Shown one piece after another: positions 27,510 to 39,149 of a stretch of 64,000 nucleotides of DNA. Source of the DNA: Octopus sinensis. Lineage: Eukaryota. Within the stretch, counting starts at the first letter, position 1; each line of letters begins with the position of its first letter. The position numbers and the translations under genes were made by a program. The stretch spans positions 41,850,001 to 41,914,000 of the forward strand of contig NC_043015.1 in assembly GCF_006345805.1 (NCBI RefSeq), written 5' to 3'. Below the pieces are notes generated by a model. The model searched no databases, was not told where the DNA came from, and was given only the letters and a program-made list of their open reading frames with translations.

Positions 27510-28428
27510 GAGGGTAGGAAGCGTCGATTATAGGGACCGCAGAACGGAACTGGTACTTTTCTTATCGACCCCGAAAGGATGGCAGGCAAATTTGACCTTG
27601 ACTGGATTAGAACTCACAATGTAAAGATAGACGAAAAACCTATTTCTTTACTACCCACAAGGGGCTAAACACCGGGGAGATAAACAAGAACAGACAGACA
27701 GATTAAGTCGATTATATCGACCCCAGTGCGTCACTGGTACTTAATTTATCGACCCCGAAAGGATAAAATGCAAAGTCGACCTCGGCGGAATTTGAACTCA
27801 GAACGTAGCGGCAGACAAAATACCTATTTCTTTACTACCCACAAGGGGCTAAACATAGAGGGGACAAACAAGGACAGACAAACGGATTAAGTCGATTACA
27901 TCGACCCCCAGTGCGTAACTGGTACTTAATTTATCGACCCCGAAAGGATGAAAGGCAAAGTCGACCTCGGCGAAATTTTGAACTCAGAACGTAACGGCAG
28001 ACAAAATACCTATTTCTTTACTACCCACAAGGGGCTAAACATAGAGGGGAAAAACAAGGACAGACAGACGGATTAAGTCGATTACATCGACCCCCAGTGC
28101 GTAACTGGTACTTAATTTATCGACCCCGAAAGGATGAAAGGCAAAGTCGACCTCGGCGAAATTTTGAACTCAGAACGTAACGGCAGACAAAATACCTATT
28201 TCTTTACTACCCACAAGGGGCTAAACATAGAGGGGAAAAACAAGGACAGACAGACGGATTAAGTCGATTACATCGACCCCAGTGCGTAACTGGTACTTAA
28301 TTTATCGACCCCGAAAGGATGAAAGGCAAAGTCGACCTCGGCGGAATTTGAACTCAGAACGTAACGGCAGTCGAAATACCGCTAAGTATTTCGCCCGGCG
28401 TGCTAACGTTTCTGCCAGCTCGCCACCC
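27510..28428 (-). mobile_element. SINE family B multimer: one head plus five tandem 184-186-bp bodies
   Basis: Anchor AACGTA(G/A)CGGCAG at 27802, 27988, 28174, 28358 (degenerate at 27618); single head at 28380-28427. Confidence 0.9.
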
Positions 28429-28792
28429 TGGATAATAATAATAAGACTGGGCAACAACTTAAAAATTTGTCATGCTATTTAAACTTTTTCAGCGGATTTA
28501 GGGTAATTTTAGGGTGCTGAAACCGAATCTGACTTCAGTTTTCAGACAGCACGGGTAGTTTTTTTTAGTTATTCACAGCATCAGATTCTCCAACCAATTG
28601 ATAATATTGACAAAGTAGCAGGCTATTTGCTTTCGATTTTCATACATATATTCATCACTGAAATAAAAGTAAGTGCCGGTAGAGGCAAATGTATGCTGCC
28701 TTTTAAATTGCCATACAAGATGAGGATTTATTTTACATTGTCATCGCTGTAATTATAGTAAAGTTCTCCTCACAGTAGGCTATCTGTATTAG

Positions 28793-29260
28793 GAGCTGGC
28801 AGAAACATTAGCACGCCGGGCGAAATGCTATGCGGTATTTCGTCTGCCGCTACGTTCTGAGTTCAAATTCCGCCGAGATCGACTTTGCCTTTCATCCTTT
28901 CGGGGTCGATTAAATAAGTACCAGTTACGCACTGGGGTCGATATAATCGACTTAATCCGTTTGCTTGTCCTTGTTTGTCCTCTCTGTGTTTAGCCTCTTG
29001 TGGGTAGTAAAGAAATAGGTATTTCGTCTGCCTTTACGCTCTGATTTCAAATTCCGTCGAGGTCGACTTTGCCTTTTATCCTTTCGGGGGTCGATTAAAT
29101 AAGTACAAGTTACGCACTGGGGTCGATATAATCGACTTAATCCGTTTGTCCGTGAATGGCAAAATCGACCTCGGCGGAATTTGAACTCAGAACGTAGCGG
29201 CAGACGAAATACTGCTAAGCATTTTTCCCGGGCGTGCTAACTATTCTGCCAGCTCGCTGC
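28793..29260 (+). mobile_element. SINE family B dimer (+) fused to an inverted family B 5' fragment (about 29150-29260, -)
   Basis: Head plus two bodies, then the reverse-complement head. Confidence 0.8.
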
Positions 29261-29265
29261 GTCGG

Positions 29266-29307
<42 letters not shown>

Positions 29308-29324
29308 TAATAATAATAATAATA

Positions 29325-29360
<36 letters not shown>

Positions 29361-29409
29361 GATAATAAATATAATAATAATAATAATAATAATAATGATA
29401 ATAATAATG

Positions 29410-29467
<58 letters not shown>
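29257..29467. repeat. (AAT)n/(GAT)n microsatellite
   Basis: Direct reading. Confidence 0.95.
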
Positions 29468-29469
29468 GG

Positions 29470-30490
29470 ATTGCAAAATCTCGTAGGATGCAATGATTCA
29501 GTGTGATCGCCAGATTAAACTTCGAATACCTCACATCGTAGTAGTGAACAGAAAATAAAACAAAAATAATCATTACTGGTAATTGACATAGCATGTCCTG
29601 GTGACAACGGGATTGAAGAGAAAGAAGAAGAAAAAGTCAACAACGAAGATGAATTGATGAAAAGGGAAATACGCTGGTCGTGGGCAGTGGAGGAAGTGGA
29701 CAGGATACTAATGGTGTTTGGTGCGCTTCGAAGTATCGGTATTCATCTACTAACATAGCTCAAAAAAGATTGGAACGAGTGTAAAGATAGAACACCTAAG
29801 AACAAAATCATGAATACTTTGGCTTGTAAGAAACCTTCGCAGAGTTTTTGAAACGTAATCGGTAAACAAGAGTCACTTTAGTCTGCTGGCTGTGAAGAGC
29901 AGACACTATCCATCACACTCAAAATACAGCTGAGATTTTTCATGATATATTAATAGGCATCGTCGACAATAAAAATGCAAAGATCCTATGGGATTTTATG
30001 ATTAGGTGCGACCGTGAGATAAAGAATTGGAAGCCGGACATAGTCTTAATTGAGAAAGAAAACAAACTATGCTGGATCATAGATTTATCATGCCCAGGTG
30101 ACAATAAGGTATGTGGATGACTAAAAGCGGTTTAAAACCAGAAACGGAGGCTCTGATCTGTGCTGCCGAAGAGCAAGCACTAACAACAAACTACATAAAA
30201 TACAGAATAGACAACACAGCAGAAAGTGATGAGTGCAGAATATGTGGAAAAAACGGTGAAATCATATGGCATATTACCAGCCAATGTATGCCACTCGCCC
30301 AGAAGGAATATATGAGATGTTACGACAATATAGCTAGGATTGTCCATTGGACACTTTGCAACAAGTATGGACTTGACAGAGCAAATAATTGGTACGACTA
30401 CAAACCTGAGGGCATCGTCGAAAATAGAAAGGCAAAGATCCTATGGAGTTTTATGATTCAGTGTGACCATGAGATAGAGAATAGAAAATG
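29470..30490 (+). pseudogene. Three scrambled fragments of R4/Dong-clade (RLE) non-LTR retrotransposon ORF
   Basis: 30111-30490 reads WMTKSGLKPETEALICAAEEQAL...CRICGKNGEIIWHITSQC (CCHC zinc knuckle)...KILWSFMIQCD. 29975-30110 reads KILWDFMIRCDREIKNWKPDIVLIEKENKLCWIIDLSCPGDN (PD..D RLE motif). 29470-29860 reads IDIACPGDNGIEEKEEEKV to the ORF end and 3' UTR. Confidence 0.85.
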
Positions 30491-30807
30491 TGTGTGGTGT
30501 TGCAGTTAATGCCTCTCTGTTTCATATTGTCTTCATAGCAGCTAACTGTTAATTCGCCATCATAACTATAGACCGCTTTGTTAAACAATGGCTTTGTCTG
30601 ATTATCTGCTGTACAGAAAGATCCAATATTTTGAAGATGTTTCAAGAGAGTGGGGATTGAAATCCATGATTATTCGTTTCAGTGGGTTTTCTCATTTGGA
30701 TAATCTGTAACGATCACTGGTAACGTTCTCAGGGTTTCAAGAAATGTCCAATGGTTTTACATATTGAAGGTTTATATCTAAAGGTAACTCGTCTCTAATT
30801 TTTAAGA

Positions 30808-30977
30808 GGTGCAGGAGTGGCTGTGTGGTAAGTAGCTTGCTTACCAACCACATGATTCCGGGTTCAGTCCCACTGCGTGGCACCTTGGGCAAGTGTCTTC
30901 TACTATAGCCTCGGGCCGACCAAAGCCTTGTGAGTGGATTTGGTAGACGGAAACTGAAAGAAGCCCCTCATATATAC

Positions 30978-31011
<34 letters not shown>

Positions 31012-31228
31012 TTGTATGTCTATGTTTTTCCCCCCAACATCGCTTGACAACCGATGCTGGTGTGTTTACGTCCCCGTACCTTGTGGTTCGGCAAAAAGAG
31101 CCCGATAGAATAAGTACTAGTCTTACAAAGAATAAGTCCTGGGGTCGAGTTGCTCGACTAAAGGCGGTGCTCCAGCATGGCCACAGTCAAATGACTGAAA
31201 CAAGTAAAAGAGAAAAGAGAAAGAGAGA
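30808..31228 (+). mobile_element. SINE family A, full length
   Basis: Complete head, body and tail. Confidence 0.9.
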
Positions 31229-32013
31229 GGTTTGACCGGGGTCTTTACATAACTTGCACATTTGGGGTTGATGACATTGTGTTAAACTATGAGTCTTTTG
31301 TCTTGATATGAAACGATTTTGTGCTTAAGCATTTTTATATATCTACATGTGTGTTTGTGTGTCAGTGTGTCTGTCCGAGCGTGCAAGCGCGTGTGTGGGT
31401 GTGTTTGTCTGACTTTCTGAAAAGAAGAATCATTGTTGCTTAAAAATGGAATTCGATAATTTGCGTACAAGATTGAAATATGTTCTGCGCTCGATATGAT
31501 TAAATATAATTTTTGAAGGTTGCGAAACAGTAGCACCGCAGACCAATAACTGAAACCAGTAAATGGATGACATAATGTTTTCCCGTATACACACACACAC
31601 ACACGTACACGCAATACAACACAACGTAACATATACACACACTCACACACACATACGTGTATAGGTACATACACATGTACACGCACATGTATATATTCAT
31701 GTAATATATATGTGTATATATATGCGTATATATATATATATATATATGAGTGGCCTGCTCGCTTAGCCAGCGGGATGGCGTCATTTGAAGGCTAAAGCAA
31801 TGGGAAGCGCATTGTGACCAGCGATGTGTAGCAACATCTGATAGCCTGGTCGGTCACGGTGATATATATATATGTGGCGGTGCCCCACCATGGGCACAGC
31901 ACGTGAGCTGAAACTAGATAACATAAATAAAAATAAAATAAATATATATATGTATATATATATGAGTATATATTTATACGCATATATATAGATTATTGCA
32001 TACATACATACAT

Positions 32014-32055
<42 letters not shown>

Positions 32056-32197
32056 GTGTGTGTGTGTAATTCATTGATGTGCATGTATGTGCTATGTAAG
32101 GATGTACACATATTTATATGAATTTACTAAATAGATCTTTTACATTTAGAAGTATATATATGTATGTATAAATATATATATATACATATATTTATAT

Positions 32198-33764
32198 AAT
32201 AGAAATATTAAAATTACTAAGTCTCTCTAAAAGAGAACAACGGCAGCGTTCCCGGAAAATATTAGTTATCGCCATACTAATATGGCATTCTTATAAAAAT
32301 AAGATAAAGCTGACCACTTATTAGCTCCATGAGGCCATCGCCTTAAGTTAGTTATTTGATACACAAACTGTATCCATATAACCTTTGAACAGGGAGGTCA
32401 GTCGCTCCACACTACTTGGCCGGCAGCTACAGACGCGTTTCGGGGTATTGCCCCTTTTCAATGCAGCGTAGCCAAACCAGTAGGTGTCGCTTCCGACAAT
32501 CTCTGTTCAAGGTTTTATTTACCTAGCTTCGGTGGAATACATCCACTTGTTTTCAATAATAGAAATATTAAAATTACTAAGTCTCTCTAAAAGAGAACAA
32601 CGGCAGCGTTCCCGGAAAATATTAGTTATCGCCATACTAATATGGCATTCTTATAAAAATAAGAATAAAGCTGACCACTTATTAGCTCCATGAGGCCATC
32701 GCCTTAAGTTAGCTATTTGATACACAAACTGTATCCATATAACCTTTGAACAAGGGAGGTCAGTCGCTCCACACTACTTGGCCGGCAGCTACAGACGCGT
32801 TTCGGGGTATTGCCCCTTTTCAATGCAGCGTAGCCAAACCAGTAGGTGTCGCTTCCGACAATCTCTGTTCAAAGGTTTTATTTACCTAGCTTCGGTGGAA
32901 TACATCCACTTGTTTTCAATAATAGAAATATTAAAATTACTAAGTCTCTCTAAAAGAGAACAACGGCAGCGTTCCCGAAAATATTAGTTATCGCCATACT
33001 AATATGGCATTATTATAAAAATAAGAATAAAGCTGACCACTTATTAGCTCCATGAGGCCATCGCCTTAAGTTAGCTATTTGATACACAAACTGTATCCAT
33101 ATAACCTTTGAACAAGGGAGGTCAGTCGCTCACACTACTTGGCCGGCAGCTACAGACGCGTTTCGGGGTATTGCCCCTTTTCAATGCAGCGTAGCCAAAC
33201 CAGTAGGTGTCGCTTCCGACAATCTCTGTTCAAAGGTTTTATTTACCTAGCTTCGGTGGAATACATCCACTTGTTTTCAATAATAGAAATATTAAAATTA
33301 CTAAGTCTCTCTAAAAGAGAACAACGGCAGCGTTCCGGAAAATATTAGTTATCGCCATACTAATATGGCATTCTTATAAAAATAAGAATAAGCTGACCAC
33401 TTATTAGCTCCATGAGGCCATCGCCTAAGTTAGCTATTTGATACACAAACTGTATCCATATACCTTTGAACAAGGGAGGTCAGTCGCTCCACACTACTTG
33501 GCCGGCAGCTACAGACGCGTTTCGGGGTATTGCCCCTTTTCAATGCAGCGTAGCCAAACCAGTAGGTGTCGCTTCCGACAATCTCTGTTCAAAGGTTTTA
33601 TTTACCTAGCTTCGGTGGAATACATCCACTTGTTTTCAATAATAGAAATATTAAAATTACTAAGTCTCTCTAAAAGAGAACAACGGCAGCGTTCCCGGAA
33701 AATATTAGTTATCGCCATACTAATATGGCATTCTTATAAAAATAAGAATAAAGCTGACCACTTA
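32198..33764 (-). repeat. Left arm: about 4.3 tandem copies of the ~363-bp HHR-containing unit
   Basis: Anchor GTCTCTCTAAAAGAG at 32221, 32581, 32944, 33305, 33664; HHR-like motifs on the minus strand at 32426-32472, 32788-32834, 33149-33195, 33508-33554. Confidence 0.95.
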
Positions 33765-35905
33765 GTAATTTTAATATTTCTATTATTGAAAACAAGTGGA
33801 TGTATTCCACCGAAGCTAGGTAAATAAAACCTTTGAACAGAGATTGTCGGAAGCGACACCTACTGGTTTGGCTACGCTGCATTGAAAAGGGGCAATACCC
33901 CGAAACGCGTCTGTAGCTGCCGGCCAAGTAGTGTGGAGCGACTGACCTCCCTTGTTCAAAGGTTATATGGATACAGTTTGTGTATCAAATAGCTAACTTA
34001 AGGCGATGGCCTCATGGAGCTAATAAGTGGTCAGCTTTATTCTTATTTTTATAAGAATGCATATTAGTATGGCGATAACTAATATTTTCCGGGAACGCTG
34101 CCGTTGTTCTCTTTTAGAGAGACTTAGTAATTTTAATATTTCTATTATTGAAAACAAGTGGATGTATTCCACCGAAGCTAGGTAAATAAAACCTTTGAAC
34201 AGAGATTGTCGGAAGCGACACCTACTGGTTTGGCTACGCTGCATTGAAAAGGGGCAATACCCCGAAACGCGTCTGTAGCTGCCGGCCAAGTAGTGTGGAG
34301 CGACTGACCTCCCTTGTTCAAAGGTTATATGGATACAGTTTGTGTATCAAATAGCTAACTTAAGGCGATGGCCTCATGGAGCTAATAAGTGGTCAGCTTT
34401 ATTCTTATTTTTATAAGAATGCCATATTAGTATGGCGATAACTAATATTTTCCGGGAACGCTGCCGTTGTTCTCTTTTAGAGAGACTTAGTAATTTTAAT
34501 ATTTCTATTATTGAAAACAAGTGGATGTATTCCACCGAAGCTAGGTAAATAAAACCTAACCTTTGAACAGAGATTGTCGGAAGCGACACCTACTGGTTTG
34601 GCTACGCTGCATTGAAAAGGGGCAATACCCCGAAACGCGTCTGTAGCTGCCGGCCAAGTAGTGTGGAGCGACTGACCTCCCTTGTTCAAAGGTTATATGG
34701 ATACAGTTTGTGTATCAAATAGCTAACTTAAGGCGATGGCCTCATGGAGCTAATAAGTGGTCAGCTTTATTCTTATTTTTATAAGAATGCCATATTAGTA
34801 TGGCGATAACTAATATTTTCCGGGAACGCTGCCGTTGTTCTCTTTTAGAGAGACTTAGTAATTTTAATATTTCTATTATTGAAAACAAGTGGATGTATTC
34901 CACCGAAGCTAGGTAAATAAAACCTTTGAACAGAGATTGTCGGAAGCGACACCTACTGGTTTGGCTACGCTGCATTGAAAAGGGGCAATACCCCGAAACG
35001 CGTCTGTAGCTGCCGGCCAAGTAGTGTGGAGCGACTGACCTCCCTTGTTCAAAGGTTATATGGATACAGTTTGTGTATCAAATAGCTAACTTAAGGCGAT
35101 GGCCTCATGGAGCTAATAAGTGGTCAGCTTATTCTTATTTTTATAAGAATGCCATATTAGTATGGCGATAACTAATATTTTCCGGGAACGCTGCCGTTGT
35201 TCTCTTTTAGAGAGACTTAGTAATTTTAATATTTCTATTATTGAAAACAAGTGGATGTATTCCACCGAAGCTAGGTAAATAAAACCTTTGAACAGAGATT
35301 GTCGGAAGCGACACCTACTGGTTTGGCTACGCTGCATTGAAAAGGGGCAATACCCCGAAACGCGTCTGTAGCTGCCGGCCAAGTAGTGTGGAGCGACTGA
35401 CCTCCTCTTGTTCAAAGGTTATATGGATACAGTTTGTGTATCAAATAGCTAACTTAAGGCGATGGCCTCATGGAGCTAATAAGTGGTCAGCTTTATTCTT
35501 ATTTTTATAAGAATGCCATATTAGTATGGCGATAACTAATATTTTCCGGGAACGCTGCCGTTGTTCTCTTTTAGAGAGACTTAGTAATTTTAATATTTCT
35601 ATTATTGAAAACAAGTGGATGTATTCCACCGAAGCTAGGTAAATAAAACCTTTGAACAGAGATTGTCGGAAGCGACACCTACTGGTTTGGCTACGCTGCA
35701 TTGAAAAGGGGCATACCCCGAAACGCGTCTGTAGCTGCCGGCCAAGTAGTGTGGAGCGACTGACCTCCCTTGTTCAAAGGTTATATGGATACAGTTTGTG
35801 TATCAAATAGCTAACTTAAGGCGATGGCCTCATGGAGCTAATAAGTGGTCAGCTTTATTCTTATTTTTATAAGAATGCCATATTAGTATGGCGATAACTA
35901 ATATA
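33760..35905 (+). repeat. Right arm: about 5.9 tandem copies of the same unit, inverted relative to the left arm
   Basis: HHR-like motifs on the plus strand start at 33871, 34233, 34601, 34964, 35326, 35690. Confidence 0.95.
33871..33917 (+). ncRNA. Type I minimal hammerhead-ribozyme-like motif (representative of 10 copies)
   Basis: Stem I GCUACG/UGUAGC; core CUGCAUUGAAAA; stem II GGGG-CAAUA-CCCC; GAAA; palindromic stem III ACGCGU; GUC site with predicted cleavage after 33911. The core deviates from CUGANGA. Confidence 0.65.
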
Positions 35906-36195
35906 TTTTTATATATATATATATAATATATATATATTATAATATATATATATATATATATAATACTTCCAAATGTAAAAGATGTATTTAGTAAATTCAT
36001 ATAAATATATGTGTACATCCTTACATAGCACATACATGCACATCAATGAATTATTCTTACGTATTCTCTGTATCATATGCTACACACAAGACCTTTTTCC
36101 AGCCAAAATTCTAAATCCTCGAACTTAGTTTAATAAGACCCTTATTCTCTATACCCTGCATTACTTTTTAATGGAAAACATCGACTTTCGGGAAT

Positions 36196-36423
36196 CAATA
36201 TATTGGACCGACTAAACAACAGCTTCATGTCAGAGTGAAAGAACATCTTCAGAAGGCCAGAACATCCAGCGCCGTATTCCAACACCACCAACACTGCGAT
36301 GGAGAATTCTCCACCCGGATATTGTCCAGGGAAATTGATGCCTTCAACCTCAGAATAAAGGATGCACACTTCATTAGGTAGAAGGCGTCCAGCTTCAACC
36401 GCCGGAACGAACTTGAGGGTTGA
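36196..36423 (+). pseudogene. Penelope-like element GIY-YIG endonuclease remnant
   Basis: Translates QYIGPTKQQLHVRVKEHLQKARTSSAVFQHHQHCDGEFSTRILSREIDAFNLRIKDAHFIR*KASSFNRRNELEG*: YIG motif, R..EH, RIKEA-like and NR motifs of PLE endonucleases, with one internal stop. Confidence 0.8.
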
Positions 36424-36486
36424 AAATTTATTTACTGCCTCCGGAACCCCTCACCAACTCCAGCAATAATAACCATGTAAAGTGTT

Positions 36487-36525
36487 AAGTCCAATGAAGG
36501 ATTATAGATCTGGAAGCGCTCACTT
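36487..36525 (+). ncRNA. Decayed minimal HHR-like motif in the PLE 3' region
   Basis: AAGT CCAATGA AGGA-TTATAGA-TCT GGAA GCGC TC ACTT: stems I-III recognisable, core mutated. Confidence 0.4.
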
Positions 36526-36722
36526 CATCGATTAACCCCAGAACTAGTAACAAGGGGCTACACAGAGACCACGCGGCACCAGTAGGTCCCTCTCTCTCTC
36601 TCTATTTATATATATATATATATATATCTGTCTGTCTATCTACTTATCTATCTTCCTCTGAAAAACCGCTAAACCGTTTAACTTTTGATATTTTGTACTT
36701 CTTATCTATCTATCTATCTATA

Positions 36723-36783
<61 letters not shown>

Positions 36784-36788
36784 GTCTG

Positions 36789-36839
<51 letters not shown>

Positions 36840-37740
36840 GTCTATCTATCTGTCTATCTCTCTATATATATATCATAAACCGCTAAAGTTTTAAACTTTC
36901 TAAACTTTTGAACGGTTGAAATTCGACGACAAAAATTAATAAAACTTTCTCCGTGTATTGAAACGAAGATTTCTAAAAACCTCCCCACTGTCCACACGTC
37001 ATATAATATAGCTATATTTATATCTTAGCTTGTCATATTTTCATTTTAAATTAATTTTCTAATTTTAGAGAGTGTTTTAATATTTTCCTCTTTTAATTTT
37101 TTTTTTCTCATTTCTCATTTCTTTTTCATTCTCCATTTTTCAATTTTTCAACTTTTCGCTTCGTCAGTTCTCCATGGTTTTCTCTTCATTGCTCAATACC
37201 ACCATGTTTCCCTCTTAGAGTTTGGGTTCCCCATCGATAAACCGCTAACCCCCACCCCCATGTATCACCCCCTACTTCTACCTGTTCATCCTTTCCTCCT
37301 AGCTCAGCTTTTACGTCTCTTAGCATCGCATCCCCTTCACCATCCTACTACGGTGTCACCCTGTTATCTCTCTGCACTTGATGCAAAATATAATCTAATG
37401 TCATCCGAAGATAATTCCAAAGATTACGTTTGACGGATTACCGAGGAAAGATAATAATAGTATATTCAAATATATTGAACGGATTAGGATCTGAATTTCT
37501 AACTTGAGCAAAAACACTTTGAATTTAATAAAAGAAATTGTGACGCTTTTTTTCCCTTCAAAGCTTGAATGCACAGTAGCGGAAGAGACTTAAAAGAAGG
37601 AAAAGAATAGAGCCTATGAATTCAAGAAGTATCATTTAACACAAAGCTTAAAGGACTAAATATCGTAAACCTTGGGAAAACAAGGCAATTGTAGAGAGCA
37701 GCAATTGGAGAAATGGAAATAGTAGAATAATAGAACTTAA

Positions 37741-37988
37741 GAGTAAAGATTGTTTGCCAACATATCATGGCAGTCCTGGTTTAGGACGAATGTTGCTGTA
37801 GTTTAGCCCCAAGGGCCATCGTCTCCAGCTGGCTATACAACACGTTCTGTGTCCTTATATTTTCGAAAATATAAGGACACAGATCGTGTCGTATAGTCAG
37901 CTGGAGACGACGTCTCCTAGGGCTAAATTACAGCAACATTCGTCCTAAACCGGGACTGCCATGTTATGTTGGTAAACGGTCTTTACTC
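37741..37988. mobile_element. Spacer-less palindromic MITE (124-bp arms)
   Basis: Symmetry centre TTTTC|GAAAA at 37864/37865; related copies at 60002-60268 (truncated by a SINE) and about 61695-61750. Confidence 0.85.
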
Positions 37989-38445
37989 CAAAGTACTTTT
38001 GCTGAATAACTCTGGTTGTGAGATTTAAAAATAGTAATTTTCTAATTACAAACGGCAAATTCAGCTGAGAAAAGATTCTAGCAACAACATCTTCGGCAGC
38101 AGCAAGAGCGACGCCAGACCTGGAGTTAACGGAATAAACATTAGCGGTGAATAATCTTTTCTTACAAAACTAACAGATCCTGATATCTTCCTACCTGCAG
38201 TTGCTGAGAGGTTATGTGCCTTCGGCTATTGAGTCTAGGAGGTCACCTATATGGCCAAGCGATATGTAGATGCGGAACACATGGTCATTCTCTGACCGGG
38301 CATAACAATCTACTTCCTCAGAATATATTATTACTGCTCTAATGTTTTGGTGTGCTTTAGTGTGCTTCTGATATATGAACTAATTACAACAAATATACAT
38401 ACATACATATATTCACACACACATACACATATATACATACATGTA

Positions 38446-38531
<86 letters not shown>

Positions 38532-38725
38532 GTATGCATGTATATATAATATATATATATATATATATACATGTATGCACATATATATATATATATATAT
38601 ATAAATACATGTATAAACACACAAACACATATATATATGTATACATACATACATATATTCACACACACATACACATATATACATACATGTATGCATATAT
38701 ATATATATATATACATACATGTATG

Positions 38726-38771
<46 letters not shown>

Positions 38772-38792
38772 ATCTATATATATATATATATC

Positions 38793-38827
<35 letters not shown>

Positions 38828-39149
38828 TCAAGGAACGAGTTAGGTGCAATGTGTGAGAATGTCGGAAGTGTTTTGAATATTTGATAATGAGAATGTAGTA
38901 AATTATGCAACGGGACATATAAGAAAGTGTACGATAATGTCAAAACAGAAGTGTCTAGAGGGAAATATACAGCAAGTATAATATTACAAAGCGTAGTGAA
39001 GTCATGGAATTAGCAACTTCAGCGTAAAATAAAATGTAAAAAGAAAATTCAGTTCGGAAATTTCTGATCAAAATACATTCCCGCCCACTAGAAATAAGAA
39101 AAAAATGTATGTTATTGAGCAGGATATAGTTTGTTTTGTTGGGGTAGGT

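Noticed and set aside
32220-33720. Single-base indels between array copies as biological variation
   Set aside because: Mostly in homopolymers or dinucleotides, so they could be long-read consensus errors; not interpreted.
32198-35905. CRISPR-like interpretation of the tandem arrays (also 27510-28428)
   Set aside because: The units are fully repeated with no unique spacers, and the context is eukaryotic.
32484-36033. Repeated 69-129-aa ORFs (MAGSYRRVSG...) in the array
   Set aside because: They start at non-ATG codons, lie antisense to the ribozyme strand, are broken by indels between copies and have no recognisable domain.
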